Assembly: GCA_964390165.1 (NCBI GenBank)
Contig: CAYMHJ010000003.1
Coordinates: 1-54,812 of the forward strand
Source: an uncultured Brevifollis sp.
Lineage (GTDB): Bacteria; Verrucomicrobiota; Verrucomicrobiia; Verrucomicrobiales; Verrucomicrobiaceae
DNA: 54,812 nucleotides
Direction: 5' to 3'
Position numbers and translations under genes: made by a program. This document shows, one piece after another, positions 47,001 through 54,500 of this stretch; the stretch's first letter is position 1; every line of letters begins with the position of its first letter. The notes under the pieces are model-generated. The model ran no database searches. It was not told the origin of the DNA and saw only the letters and a list, made by a program, of their open reading frames with translations.

Positions 47001-48420
47001 CGCCGTCTTCACCCTCTCTCCTGGCACGGAGCCGACCGGCGCTGCCGAACCCGGATTTGAAGGCTTCGTCGATGACGCCTTCATCGACTCGAACAATGAC
47101 TTCACTCTCGATCTCGGCCTTCGTAGCCCCAGCGGCACTGGTTATCCGCTCGCTCAGCGCGAGCGAAGCACCGTCATCGTCAGCGAGAGCATCGAGGCTG
47201 GAGTGGAGATGCCGGAAAGCACCACCACCACCACTGCCCAGACCTTCGCCGCCTGGACCGAACTCCATGCTGGTGAAGAGGATGGAGACCTGTATCCCAA
47301 CCTGCTGGAGTATGCTCTCGACACCAACCCTGCCGATGGCCGCAGCGGGGCAGGGGAGTTCAGGATGGAAACCACCGTCCTCGGCACTGCTGACGTCGTC
47401 TTCACCCGGCCGGCCAATGGTCGTGCAGACATCCGCTACGACCTCGAAACCAGCCTCGACTCTCTCGATTGGGCAAAAACGGATATCATCCCCAGCATGA
47501 CCATTGGCGGCGATGGTCGCCAGCTTGTTCGTTACGCTGGAGTCGATGCCGCCACCCTAGGTCCCCGCGTCTCCTTCCGACTGAAGATCGGTCTCGACAG
47601 CAATCTCGACGGTGCCGCCGAGCAGACCGCCACGTCACCTGTCATCATGTTCAGCCGCGAGACCTTCCCCGTCGGCCAGCGCACCTTCTCCATGCCACTT
47701 GTCCAGGCTGAACTCTTCGCCGGGACCATCGCACAGGAGGGGCTTAACGTCATCCTGCCTCAGGCCGTGACCCCGCCAGCCGAAGCCAGACTTTATCTCG
47801 AAGACCTCGTGTCTGGCAGCACGCATGAGATTGATGAATCCGCCAGCACGGGCATTCGCCTGAAACTGGAGTCGGGAGCCATCGTTCCCAGCCTCTCACG
47901 CATCGCTCTGCGCGCCCACCACTCCCTCGGCAGCCTCCTGCCTTCCGACCTCCTCACCGCCGGGGATCGTGTCCTCACCTTCGATGCCGCGGCGAACGGC
48001 TTCACCTCCATCGATCTCACCAGCGCCGGCTGGAGCAGCGACCCGGTCATGCCGAAAAATGGCGGTGTCCTCGTCCATCTCCGCAGCAGTGAAGTTACGG
48101 TGCTTCTCACGGGTCAGGTTTCTCAAAAGCCCGTCATCATCCCCGCTGCCGCCACCCGCCTCATGGGCAGCGCCAGCGTCGTGACCGAGTCCACGCTGAG
48201 CCTCGGGCTCACGAGTGAAAACAACTTCCGCGCCGCCATCGATCCCGCCTCCGCCACCCGCCTCCGACTTTGGGAGGCCGACACCGATCCAGACGAGACC
48301 GGCTATGATCAGCTCTACCTCAGCCCCATCATGTGGATGCGCGAGAGCGACACTGCGGCGCAGAACCTTACGGAAGAAAAAATCATCGAGCCTTTCCGCG
48401 CCTTCTTCCTCGTCCCCTGA
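35083..48420 (+). CDS. Giant repetitive surface protein/adhesin, 4445 aa (15 GEVED, 14 putative Ig/He_PIG and 2 SdrD-B-like domains plus C-terminal modules)
   Basis: Uninterrupted ORF with a signal peptide ending ASQASA. Repeats DFGD...AWIDxNxNG...GEVED, CP...LPxGLxL..GxISGTP...GC, and VGNLVWxDxNxNG. Confidence 0.93.
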   Translation: MHGSHSHPLQRRGGRGPRLLSLLCVLALCLIASQASAQTADFGDYSGFGNASSTVVTSLKIGSTTDKESSATTNATATGDDVTGSDDEDGVTLPATVVRGVVNSMTVKVSNSSGFTAYLNVWIDYNQNGLLTDSGEQVATNVTISNGANNLNRTVNFTPPASASLGTTAVRVRLTSSSSPGATSVSGNGEVEDHLITMVTNTDFGDYPSFSSASQVANSVIRIGTNATDTEAENPTTGAATADDEDGTNDEDLIMPGFTAGISRTLSIPVTVTTGSLSGSTARLRVFADWNGDNDVSDTNETLSAQTVNSSGTYNFNLTPPSNTSAGTKYLRIRITEGSTIPNFSGTSTLKGEVEDYAIVVANRDYGDYAPFPSASSSTNSTLRIGAMVDGELSEITNTTATGDDASNLDDEDGVTVPASVALGASGSLTVNVTNTRGSTSYLNAWLDFNGNGVLTDSGEQIASNTTISNGTSNSNRILNFTVPNSVDPGVVGLRVRLTSSSSPGPDGHDGIGEIEDYVITLACPTISVSPTSLATPTVGTAYSQTFSQSGGTGSVTWSVSSGALPSWATLNPSTGTISGLPDSTATFSFIIRATAGNGCTGTRAYSLTPACPVITATPTSAANGEIGSLYNQALSASGGTPGYTWTLTSGTLPSGLSLGAAGVISGTPTSSNGAGTSVTLRATDAYGCFKDQAVSIKICPLITVNPTSLPTATVNSDFSTTLSASGGASPYTFAVTSGTLPSGLSLSSSTGAVSGIPTSSASQTFTVRATDANGCTGTKSYTLTPLCPVISVTPTTTTVGKVGSSFSQTLSASGGKTPYSAWTITSGTLPTGLSLNAGTGVISGTPTVVASPATSFTVRVNDAYGCQGTQVISLQICPAITVSPTTLSNGTVDLAYAQTVSAAGGAEPYIFAISSGSLPSGLTLDSSSGEISGTPTSPTSSSFIVRATDANNCSATRAYTLTPSPITDFGDFSGFASVSNIVNNSLRLGASSDAEASQTTNNSATGDDTTGTDDENGVTMPASITAGGEITLPVTVTNTTGAPAYLNAWIDYNNNGAVTDSGEQIATNVLVEDGTLAEAQSLSFQVPTNASVGSGRGVRFRLTSVATPGPTGTGTTGEVEDYVVSITAPTLDYGDFHLFLSASSLANTKLRLGTGVDVEGAATTNATATGDDSTGSDDEDGVTVPASITQGSSSSISARVTNSTGATAYLNAWIDFNGNGVLTDAGEQIATNTTVSNGVSNSNRTINFTTPAEVKAGTVGVRVRLTSVSSPGPDGTDGTGEVEDYTTSINVNTDFGDYAPFPSASSKVNSNLRIGALTDAEGGPMTDDGAGGDDLDGNDDEDGVNIPANIEQGAATSLTVNLTNTSGGTTYLNAWIDFNRNGVLTDIGEQIASNTTIANNTINSNRVINFTTPVSASLGETAVRVRLTSVSSPGSVGLDGNGEVEDHLTTIVVPTTDYGDDSDFADASSVVNSNLRLGALVDVEGASTRNVTASGDDNTGLDDEDSVSFPPLTAGQPVTMPVLVTNLTGSTAYLNAWIDFNNNGNLTNAGEQVASNIEIPPGTDGEVEINFNVPTNAVTAAASVGARFRLTSAASPGPTGASGIGEVEDHQVVILAPLTDFGDFSGGPNVSNTATTNLRLGALVDTEYAATTNDTATGDDITAVNDEDGATIPAMTAGGPATIVVNVTNTSGAPGYLNVWVDFNNNGIFTDSGEQVMTNGGISTGTSSSNVNVPFTVPPGAVTGTPLGVRVRITSDVSPGSFGSGGLGEVEDYVVSIAVPTTDFGDFSGFADASSIQNSNLRLGALTDTEFASTRNVGAAGDDATGLDDEDAVTFPSMTTGAPVTVPVQVTNNTGETAYLNAWIDYNNNGVITDAGEQIATNVPISAGTSNGAQILSFTVPPAALTGVNLGARVRLTSTSSPGPIGASGNGEVEDYIVNLTAPTTDFGDFSGFGDASQGANPALRMGATLDTEFASTRNATATGDDITGSDDEDGVVLPAMIAGQTVVIPVTVTNITGAFGYLNVWFDFNGNGLLTDSGEHIATNLTVVTGTTNGVVNLTVVVPATAVTGTPVGLRFRYSAPSGLGPTGANPLAGEIEDYAVTIAAPTTDFGDYAGFADASSIRNSNLRIGTTTDTEFLPTRNAVATGDDVIGSDDEDGVTLPSMTTGELVTIPVLVTNNSGSTAYLNAWIDYNNNGLLTDSGEQVATNVAVNTGTSNATRNISFTVSPAALTGTNLGVRFRLTSTSSPGPVGASGNGEVEDYIVSLLSPTTDFGDFNRFGSASNAVNSNLRLGTQLDAEFAATTNAMATGDDITGSNDEDGVTLPPMIAGQTLSIPAVVTNLTGANAYLNMWMDFNNDGLLTGAGEQVASNVTVGTGNNGITANLNVTVPATAVTGTPVGIRVRLTSVTNPGSTGALASIGEVEDYILTISPPTTDFGDYSGFVDASSTVNSSIKLGALTDTEYISTRNATATGDDTTGSDDEDAAVIPAMTAGAPATVSVMVTNTSGAPAYLNGWIDFNNNGILTDSGEQIGTNVLIATGTSLSTRDISFTVPATAVTGMNLGMRLRLTSTSSPGATGASGNGEVEDYGVSISMPPLDYGDHSALAPASSTANTSLRLGALVDTEFVPTENAVASGDDITGKDDEDGVTINTMTAGAPASIVVTATNATAAPAYLNAWIDYDNNGSLSDSGEQLATNVTVDSGTNGGEFPLNFTVPANAVTGANLALRFRITSTLNPGVGGNSGIGEVEDYVSTIAVPTTDFGDWSGAGDAWSTASSNLRMGALADTEYVSTRNATATGDDTVGSDDEEGVTMSAGYNLGSSSSLTVVTTNLTGTPAYLNAWVDWNDNGVFTDAGEQITTNVAIPSGTTASMQTVSFTVPVNAVPGGRGARFRFCNVQNPTPLGAAGMGEVEDYLLNVFCPTITVSPTSLTTPTVGTPYSAAVTVTGGTAPHSFAVSNGSLPAGLTLNATTGVISGTPTSGASQTFTIRATDLHDCLGTRTYTLAPLCTPISISPATMTSGTVGVFYSQTLSAAGGTAPYSLWSVTSGTLPAGLSLNAATGVISGTPTASVSPPTNITVRVSDTYGCQGTQVISLKICPVVTLSPTSLPAATVGSAYSQTISGGGGATPYTYTISSGSLPVWATLNAGTGVISGLPNNTTTASFIIRATDANGCSGTRAYSITPSCPTISVTPSAPVPGTVGTAYSQALTASGGNAAYTWTTVSGAWPTGLSLSSTGVISGTPTAANGAGASVTVRVTDVYGCTKDQTVTLKICPVITVNPTSLANGAVGLSYNQTISASGSTSAYIYSVSSGSLPSWATLNASSGTITGTPSSSTSASFSILATDASGCTGTRSFSITPTCPSISISPETAAPARMGVAYSQTLTATGGTGAYTWSTVSGGWPLGLSMNSSGVISGTPLLITALPVSVTVRATDIYGCSSTREVSIVVCPVITPSPSTLPNGTVGSPYSQIITALVGVVPFTFSISAGSLPDGLTINSLTGIISGTPTSSANAVFTVRVTDLLGCIGTRSYSVTPVCPTISLNPTSLANGVVGTAYSQTVSASGSTGPYTFAVSAGSLPTWASLNTTTGTITGTPTSTTSSTFTLRATDVYGCTGTRSYTIAPVCPTITITTSAITAYLGAGFSQSLAASGGTAPYSVWTVTSGTMPAGLTLNSSGLITGTPTVIGSSAVTVRANDLYGCQGSRSITITVKGLTVGNLVWQDNNNNGFVDAGEPGVSGVQVQLMNPGADNVIGGSSADVQVGALVTTPASGAYSFTNLPPGNYYLRLVPPAAFTHTSGTPATTDNSVNNNNDGSQPGGPGTPIFSPVFNLTPGAEPNSDGDTDPDTNLTMDFGLWAPLGVGNLVFIDLNGSGTFSFNEGIEGAYVYIFPQGSDPATDEPVGVGYTDHKGRYFIDGLNPGSYFLHLPAFQFATNALLAGMIPITSVVAGDDDSGQDLLSASTPATTGASSAVFTLSPGTEPTGAAEPGFEGFVDDAFIDSNNDFTLDLGLRSPSGTGYPLAQRERSTVIVSESIEAGVEMPESTTTTTAQTFAAWTELHAGEEDGDLYPNLLEYALDTNPADGRSGAGEFRMETTVLGTADVVFTRPANGRADIRYDLETSLDSLDWAKTDIIPSMTIGGDGRQLVRYAGVDAATLGPRVSFRLKIGLDSNLDGAAEQTATSPVIMFSRETFPVGQRTFSMPLVQAELFAGTIAQEGLNVILPQAVTPPAEARLYLEDLVSGSTHEIDESASTGIRLKLESGAIVPSLSRIALRAHHSLGSLLPSDLLTAGDRVLTFDAAANGFTSIDLTSAGWSSDPVMPKNGGVLVHLRSSEVTVLLTGQVSQKPVIIPAAATRLMGSASVVTESTLSLGLTSENNFRAAIDPASATRLRLWEADTDPDETGYDQLYLSPIMWMRESDTAAQNLTEEKIIEPFRAFFLVP
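35195..36648 (+). repeat. GEVED repeat block 1 (3 units)
   Basis: Three DFGD/DYGD...GEVED/GEIED units counted in the translation. Confidence 0.9.
36649..37975 (+). repeat. Putative Ig repeat block 1 (5 units)
   Basis: Five ~88-aa CP...ISGTP...GC units. Confidence 0.9.
37976..43845 (+). repeat. GEVED repeat block 2 (12 units, ~489-bp period)
   Basis: GACTTTGG/GATTATGG unit starts recur at about 39943, 40432, 40921, 41413, 41902, 42394, 42883 and 43372. Confidence 0.9.
43846..46225 (+). repeat. Putative Ig repeat block 2 (9 units)
   Basis: Nine CP/CT...GTP...GC/DC units. Confidence 0.9.
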
Positions 48421-48529
48421 AACAAGGTGGGAAAGGAATGAGCGGACATGCCCGGTCAAAGGCCGATTGCTTACCATTTCCTCATCGGAATGGATACTGG
48501 CACGACTCCAGCACGTAGATACAGACACC

Positions 48530-49657
48530 ATGGCCAAACTCACCTTTGCACTCGAAGACGGACAGGAAGTGATCGTTCCCCTCACGGAGCGTATCACCCT
48601 TGGTCGTGACGAGGACAACGACGTCGTGGTCAATGATGACCAACTCGCTCTCCAGCACGCCGAGATTCTGCCCCACTCCAGCGGCGGCTATGAGGTGCGC
48701 GATCTCGGCTCCTCCACCGGCACCTTCGTCAATGGGGCGCGCGTCGAAAGCTGCCGACTCATTCAGGGAGATCTTCTCGCCTTTGGCCCGCTCACGGCCG
48801 TTCTTGATCTCGAAGTGCCTGATCTTTCCCCTCCGGAACACGCTGAGGCACCAGCGGCCGAGGCCGTCGCTGCGATGGAGGAGCGCCTCACCCACTGGCA
48901 GGCCGCCGCCAGGGCGGCTGAGGCAGCTCATCAGCAGTGGCTCACCGCCATCGCCGATCTCACCTGCCAGCATGGAGAAAAAAACGCTGCCCTCCAGCAG
49001 CTCGGCACTGACATCACCGCCGCTCAGGAAAAGCTCTCCGAACTCACGACACAGCGGCAGGAGGCAACCCAAAAGCTCGAAAAGATCCAGAGTGAAACCA
49101 CCCAGGCCCAGGCTCGTCTCAGCGAGCTGCGCCAGCAGATCACCCACCTCGAACTCGGTTTCCAACAAAGTCAGAGCCGCCTTGCAGACCAGAAGGCAGA
49201 GCTCAAAAGCGCCGAAGAAAATCTTACCCAAACACAGGCGAGACTTCAGGAAGCCGAGACCCGCCATGGCACACTGGCCGCTGCCATCGCAAACTTACTC
49301 CAGGATCAGCGGCAGCGTGAGTCGAAACTCAGCCAGCTCACCACCGAATTAAAAAGCACCGAGATCCAGCTCACCACGCGCCGTCGCGAGCTAGCTGACG
49401 AGACTCGGCATCTCGAAGAAACAAAGCGTCGGCGCAGCGAGCTCGAAAAGCAGGGTCCGCCCGCCGCACCACAGCGGCCCGCTGAGCCCACCAGGCCACC
49501 AGCGCAACTCGCAGCAGCACACAGCCCTGCTCCAGCGCCTGCCCATCGAGGTCCGCGCATTGTTGCTATCGATTCCCCTCGGGTCACCGTCATCCCCATG
49601 AAGTCCGAGCGCGTCGTCAAACGCACCGGCGATACCCCGCCTCGAAAAGGAACGTGA
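48530..49657 (+). CDS. FHA-domain protein with a long coiled coil
   Basis: From ATG 48530: ITLGRDEDNDVV, QHAEI, VRDLGSSTGTFVNG (FHA), then ~200 aa of heptad-rich helix and a Pro/Ala tail. Confidence 0.88.
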   Translation: MAKLTFALEDGQEVIVPLTERITLGRDEDNDVVVNDDQLALQHAEILPHSSGGYEVRDLGSSTGTFVNGARVESCRLIQGDLLAFGPLTAVLDLEVPDLSPPEHAEAPAAEAVAAMEERLTHWQAAARAAEAAHQQWLTAIADLTCQHGEKNAALQQLGTDITAAQEKLSELTTQRQEATQKLEKIQSETTQAQARLSELRQQITHLELGFQQSQSRLADQKAELKSAEENLTQTQARLQEAETRHGTLAAAIANLLQDQRQRESKLSQLTTELKSTEIQLTTRRRELADETRHLEETKRRRSELEKQGPPAAPQRPAEPTRPPAQLAAAHSPAPAPAHRGPRIVAIDSPRVTVIPMKSERVVKRTGDTPPRKGT

Positions 49658-49669
49658 GGTTGGGCAGTT

Positions 49670-51199
49670 TTAATGCCCGCCGATGGCGATGGGTTTGTAG
49701 CCCCCTTTGGACCGGAAGTAGAGCCACATGCCGAGATAACACACGAGCATGAAGCCGGGCAGCACGGCGATGTTCGTGAAGGCCCCGCGCTTGCTGTCAG
49801 CCTGCACGGCGGTGAGTTCTTGGGTATCCGCTGCATTGAGCGATTTGATTTTCTCCTGATCAAGGCTTGGTGTCTCACCGAAGATACTGGGCTTCGCCGG
49901 ACCAGCGACTTTGGCGAGCAGGGCTCCGTGATCCTTGGTCAGGCGCTGGTGCATGTCCTGATCCTGTTGATAGCCGATGAAGGGACTGCCCAGCACTCCG
50001 AGGAAGAGTACTCCAACGGCGGAGACGCCGTTCAGGGTGAGCGCGCCACCTTTGGGGAACTGCTCGGAGGTCAGGCCCAGCGTGGTGCTCCACAGGAAGG
50101 TTTTTCCAAAAGCATAGATCGTGGAGGCGGCGACGATGGTCCAGCCGACGCTCTTTGACAGCAGCATCAGGCCGACGATGGCGACTCCAGAGCCGAGCAC
50201 CAGCAAACCGATGGGTGAGAAGCGATGCACGATGGGCCCGGCATAGAAACGCAGAATGGTCATGATGGCGGAGACATAGACGAAGACCCAGGCGGCGAAG
50301 TTGGGCAAATCCTTCGGACCATTGAGCTTCAGCAACTCGGGCATCCAGCCATCGGTTCCGAGCTCTGTGGTGGCGAGCGGGCCGATGATGATGAGCACGA
50401 TAAGGAAGAGCCAGTTGCCAAGAGACTGTGTGTAGAGGCCTATGGCGACCGCGACGACTCCTGCGATGGCGAGGTCGTAGGTCCAGTTCACTTCCATGCC
50501 CGCCATCTGATACACGGCGGCGACGATGAGGGCGGTGATCATAAAGAAGCCGACCGCGCCGACTTCCTTCAGCATGTCGCGGTAGCTCACACCGGCAGCC
50601 ACGCGCTCATTGACAGGGAATTTGCAGGGCAGGATCAGCAGCGCGTAGAGCACGACAGGCACGAAGCAGAGCGCGAAGCGGAATTTCCACACGGCATCGA
50701 ATCCGAGTGTGGTGTTCGGGAACAAGGCGCAGAACAGCGCGCCAAGCGCCAAGCCTGCTGGCCAGCCAGCGTGCAGGATGTTCAGCCACTTCGATTTCTC
50801 TTTGCTGAACACTGTGGCGACGACGGGATTGATGAAGGATTCGACGGTGCCGTTTGCCACAGCCACGAGCAGGGTGCTCCAGTAGAAGGAGGTGAAGCCA
50901 TCCGCATTGAGAGTCAGCACAAGTGAGACGAGATGACAGACGATGGCAAAGAGGGCGACGGTCTTGTATCCGATCCAGTCGATGATCAGGCTGAAGAAGA
51001 TGATGCTCAGCGCAAAGGGCCACATGCCCGCACCATTGATCGCGCCTTTCTCATTTTCAGAGAGATTAAAGCCATCCTGAAGCAGGCCGATCGTATTGGC
51101 ACGCACACCGAACACAAACGAGGTGGCTACGAGGGCAATGAAGCAGGCCCAGAACAGTTTCATGTCGGGCCGGGATGCGGAGGCGGAGGAGGAGTTCAT
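49670..51199 (-). CDS. MFS transporter (sugar/fucose permease-like)
   Basis: About 12 hydrophobic segments; DWIGYK, ANGTVESFINPVVAT, LNILHAGWPAG, EQFPKGGA. Likely start 51199. Confidence 0.9.
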   Translation of the reverse strand: MNSSSASASRPDMKLFWACFIALVATSFVFGVRANTIGLLQDGFNLSENEKGAINGAGMWPFALSIIFFSLIIDWIGYKTVALFAIVCHLVSLVLTLNADGFTSFYWSTLLVAVANGTVESFINPVVATVFSKEKSKWLNILHAGWPAGLALGALFCALFPNTTLGFDAVWKFRFALCFVPVVLYALLILPCKFPVNERVAAGVSYRDMLKEVGAVGFFMITALIVAAVYQMAGMEVNWTYDLAIAGVVAVAIGLYTQSLGNWLFLIVLIIIGPLATTELGTDGWMPELLKLNGPKDLPNFAAWVFVYVSAIMTILRFYAGPIVHRFSPIGLLVLGSGVAIVGLMLLSKSVGWTIVAASTIYAFGKTFLWSTTLGLTSEQFPKGGALTLNGVSAVGVLFLGVLGSPFIGYQQDQDMHQRLTKDHGALLAKVAGPAKPSIFGETPSLDQEKIKSLNAADTQELTAVQADSKRGAFTNIAVLPGFMLVCYLGMWLYFRSKGGYKPIAIGGH

Positions 51200-51529
51200 G
51201 GTCGGAAGTTGGGAAAGCGGCGGGATTACAGGGGAAACCCTGCTGGGCGGCAATGCTTTTTTGAAATTCTGTTTTTCGCAATTCATGCTGCCGCAGGCTG
51301 ATGCCATGACTTCATTGGACGGAGGTCTCGAAGGCTAAAAGCACGATCTGTCGGGGTGAGACTTGCTGCCTCACAAAGGCCAAGCGTGGGGGCGAACGAT
51401 TTGAGCGCTGCGCCCTGTCCCATCCTCCCTGGTGCATGGACAATCCCGCCGCACGCTCCGTGAGAGCAAGAGGTTCCGCCTCTTTGGCGTTTTGGCGTGC
51501 TCATTTTGTTTCGCCCCCCTTTTCCTGCC

Positions 51530-54500
51530 ATGAAAAAGATCCTCATCACCCTCTCGGGCTTTGTATTTCTCGCCTCGTCGCTGCATGCCGCTGCGCCGAA
51601 GAAGGAGGAGACGATTGATCCCTCGAAGCCGGTGTCGTTTTACAAGCACATCCGCCCGATCCTCCAGGCGAACTGCACGGGCTGCCATCAGCCGGCAAAG
51701 GCCAAGGGCGACTACATCATGACGGACTTCGCCAAGCTGCTCGCGGGCGGTGAAGAGGGGAACGCCATCGTGCCGGGCAAGCCTGAGGAGTCGAATTTGA
51801 TCAAAGTCTCGACGCCGAATGCCGAGGGCAAGGTCGAGATGCCGCCGAAGGGCGATCCGCTCCATGAATCTCAGATCGCGCTGATCAAAAAATGGGTCAG
51901 CGAAGGTGCGAAGGATGACACGCCCGCTTCGGCGATGGCGCATTATGACATGGAGCATCCGCCCGTGTATGTGACCGCACCGGCGGTGACCTCGCTGGAG
52001 TATTCGCCCGATGGCTCGCTGATCGCCGTCGCCGGTTATCACGAGGTTTTGATCCACAAGGCAGACGGCAGCAGCATCGTCACGCGCTTGGTCGGTCTCT
52101 CTGAGCGTGTGCAAAAACTCGCTTGGTCGCCCGATGGGAAGAAGATCCTCGTCACCGGCGGCAGCCCGGCTCGTATGGGGGAAATCCAGATCTGGGATGT
52201 CGCGGCGAAGAAGCTCGAACTCTCCAAATCGCTCACCTTTGACACGCTGTATGGCGCGAGCTGGTCGCCCGATGGCAAGTTCATCGCGGTCGGTTGTGGC
52301 GACAACGGCATGAGAGCCTACGAGGCCGCTTCGGGCAAAGAAGTGGTCTTCATGGGCGGACACAGCGACTGGGTGCTCGACACCGTTTGGGGCCTGGAAG
52401 GCAAACTCATCGCCTCCTGCGGTCGCGACATGAGTGTGAAGCTCACGGAGGTCGCCACGCAACGCTTCGTGGACAACATTACCTCCATCACGCCCGGTGC
52501 TTTAAAAGGCGGCGTGCAGGCACTGGCGCGGCATCCTTCGCGCAATGAAATCCTCATCGGCGGCACGGACGGCGTGCCTGCGATCTATCGCATGGAGCGC
52601 ATCACGAAGCGTGTCATCGGCGACAACGCCAACCTCATCCGCAAATTCCCCGTCATGCAGGGTCGCATTTTCGGCGTCGATTTCGCCCCAGATGGCAAGC
52701 GCATCGCGGCGGGTGCCTCACATGAAGGCAGCGGCATGGTGAACATCTACGCCAGCGAGTATGACAGCACCTTGCCAGAACCCGTGAAGAAGATCGTCGA
52801 GACCGTGAACGGCAAGGGCAAGGAGCTCGATGACTGGGTGACGAAGGATGTGAAGCAGCTCAGCAGCACGCCGATGCCTTGCGGGATCTTCAGCGTCAGC
52901 TTTTCGCCCGATGGCAAAAGCGTCGCCGCCGCAGGTCAGGATGGCCGCATTCGCCTCATCGACACCGCCACAGGCAAGATTGCCAAAGAGTTCGTCAGCG
53001 TGCCGCTCGTCGCCGACAAAGCTCTCGCCGCCAGTGATGTGATCGCCGACGACAGCGTCCGCGCCACGGCGAAGAAGGACGACAAGGTCGAGACACTCGT
53101 CCCAGGCCTCACCGTCGCCAGCATCGAGGTCGAGCCAAAGAGCGTCAGCATCGCCAAGCCGACCGAGTATGCCCAGCTTCTCGTCACCGCCACGATGAGC
53201 AACGGCACCAAGGCCGACATCACCCGCATGGCCAAGCTCACCAGCACCAACGAAGCCGCCGCCATCGTCAACGAGCGCGGCATGGTCCGTCCGGGCAAGG
53301 ATGGCAAAGGCGAAGTGAAGATCGCCTTCATGGGCAAAGCCGCCACCGTGCCCGTCAGTGTCACTGGCATGAACGTCGCGCTGAAACCCGACTACGTCCG
53401 CGATGTGATGCCCATCTCCAGCAAGCTCGGTTGCAACATGGGCACCTGCCACGGAGCCAAGGACGGCAAAGCGGGCTTCAAGCTCAGCCTGCGTGGTTAT
53501 GATCCAATCTATGACGTGCTCGCCTTCACTGATGAACTCGCCAGCCGCCGTGCCAACGTGGCCTCGCCGGAGCATTCGCTCATGCTTTTGAAGGCCAGCG
53601 GCAGCGTGCCTCATGAAGGCGGCCAGCTCACCGTGCCGGGCGAGCTTTACTACGAGACGCTGAAAGCCTGGATCAGCCAGGGCGCGAAGCTCGACCTCAA
53701 AACTCCGCGCGTCACCAGCATCGAGATCTTCCCGAAAAACCCTGTTCTGGAGCGCATCGGCAACCGCCAGCAGATGCGTGTCATCGCCCGTTATGCCGAC
53801 GGCTATGTCCGCGATGTCACCGCGGAATCCTTTGTCGATAGCGGCAATGGCGACGTGATCGAAGCCGACAAAACCGGCCTGATGACCAGCCTGCGTCGTG
53901 GTGAAGCCGCCATCCTCGCCCGCTTTGAAGGAGCCTACGCCGCCACCACCATCACCGTCATGGGCGACCGCACGGGCTTTGCCTGGAAAGAGCCTGAGAA
54001 GTGGAACAAGATCGACGAACTCGTCACCCGGAAGTGGGAGCGCATGAAGATCGAGCCGAGCGGTCTGTGCAGCGACGAAGACTTCCTCCGCCGCGTGCAT
54101 CTCGACCTCACCGGCCTGCCTCCGAAAGCGGAAGAAGTCCGTGCCTTCGTCGCCGATACCCGCGACACCCGCACGAAGCGCAATGAGGTCATCGACAAGC
54201 TCATCGGCAACCCTGACTTCGTCGATCATTGGTCCAACAAATGGGCCGACATGCTCCAGGTGAACTCCAAGTTCCTCGGCAACGAAGGCGTGACCAATCT
54301 CCGCGCCTGGATCAAGCAGCAGGTCGCTGACAACACGCCCTATGACCGCATGGCCTACCGCATCATCACGGCCTCCGGCTCAAACAAAGACAACCCCGCC
54401 GCTGCTTACTTCAAGACCGTGCGCACCCCGGAAGAACTGGTGGAAAACACCACGCATCTGTTTTTGGCCACCCGCTTTAACTGCAATAAGTGCCACGACC

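Noticed and set aside
51229..51242. CAGGG-GAAA-CCCTG hairpin upstream of the MFS gene
   Set aside because: A 5-bp stem with no U-tract or further structure, too short to support a call.
51371..54229. Minus-strand ORFs of 363 and 503 aa
   Set aside because: Antisense to the cytochrome c/WD40 gene that starts at 51530 on the plus strand.
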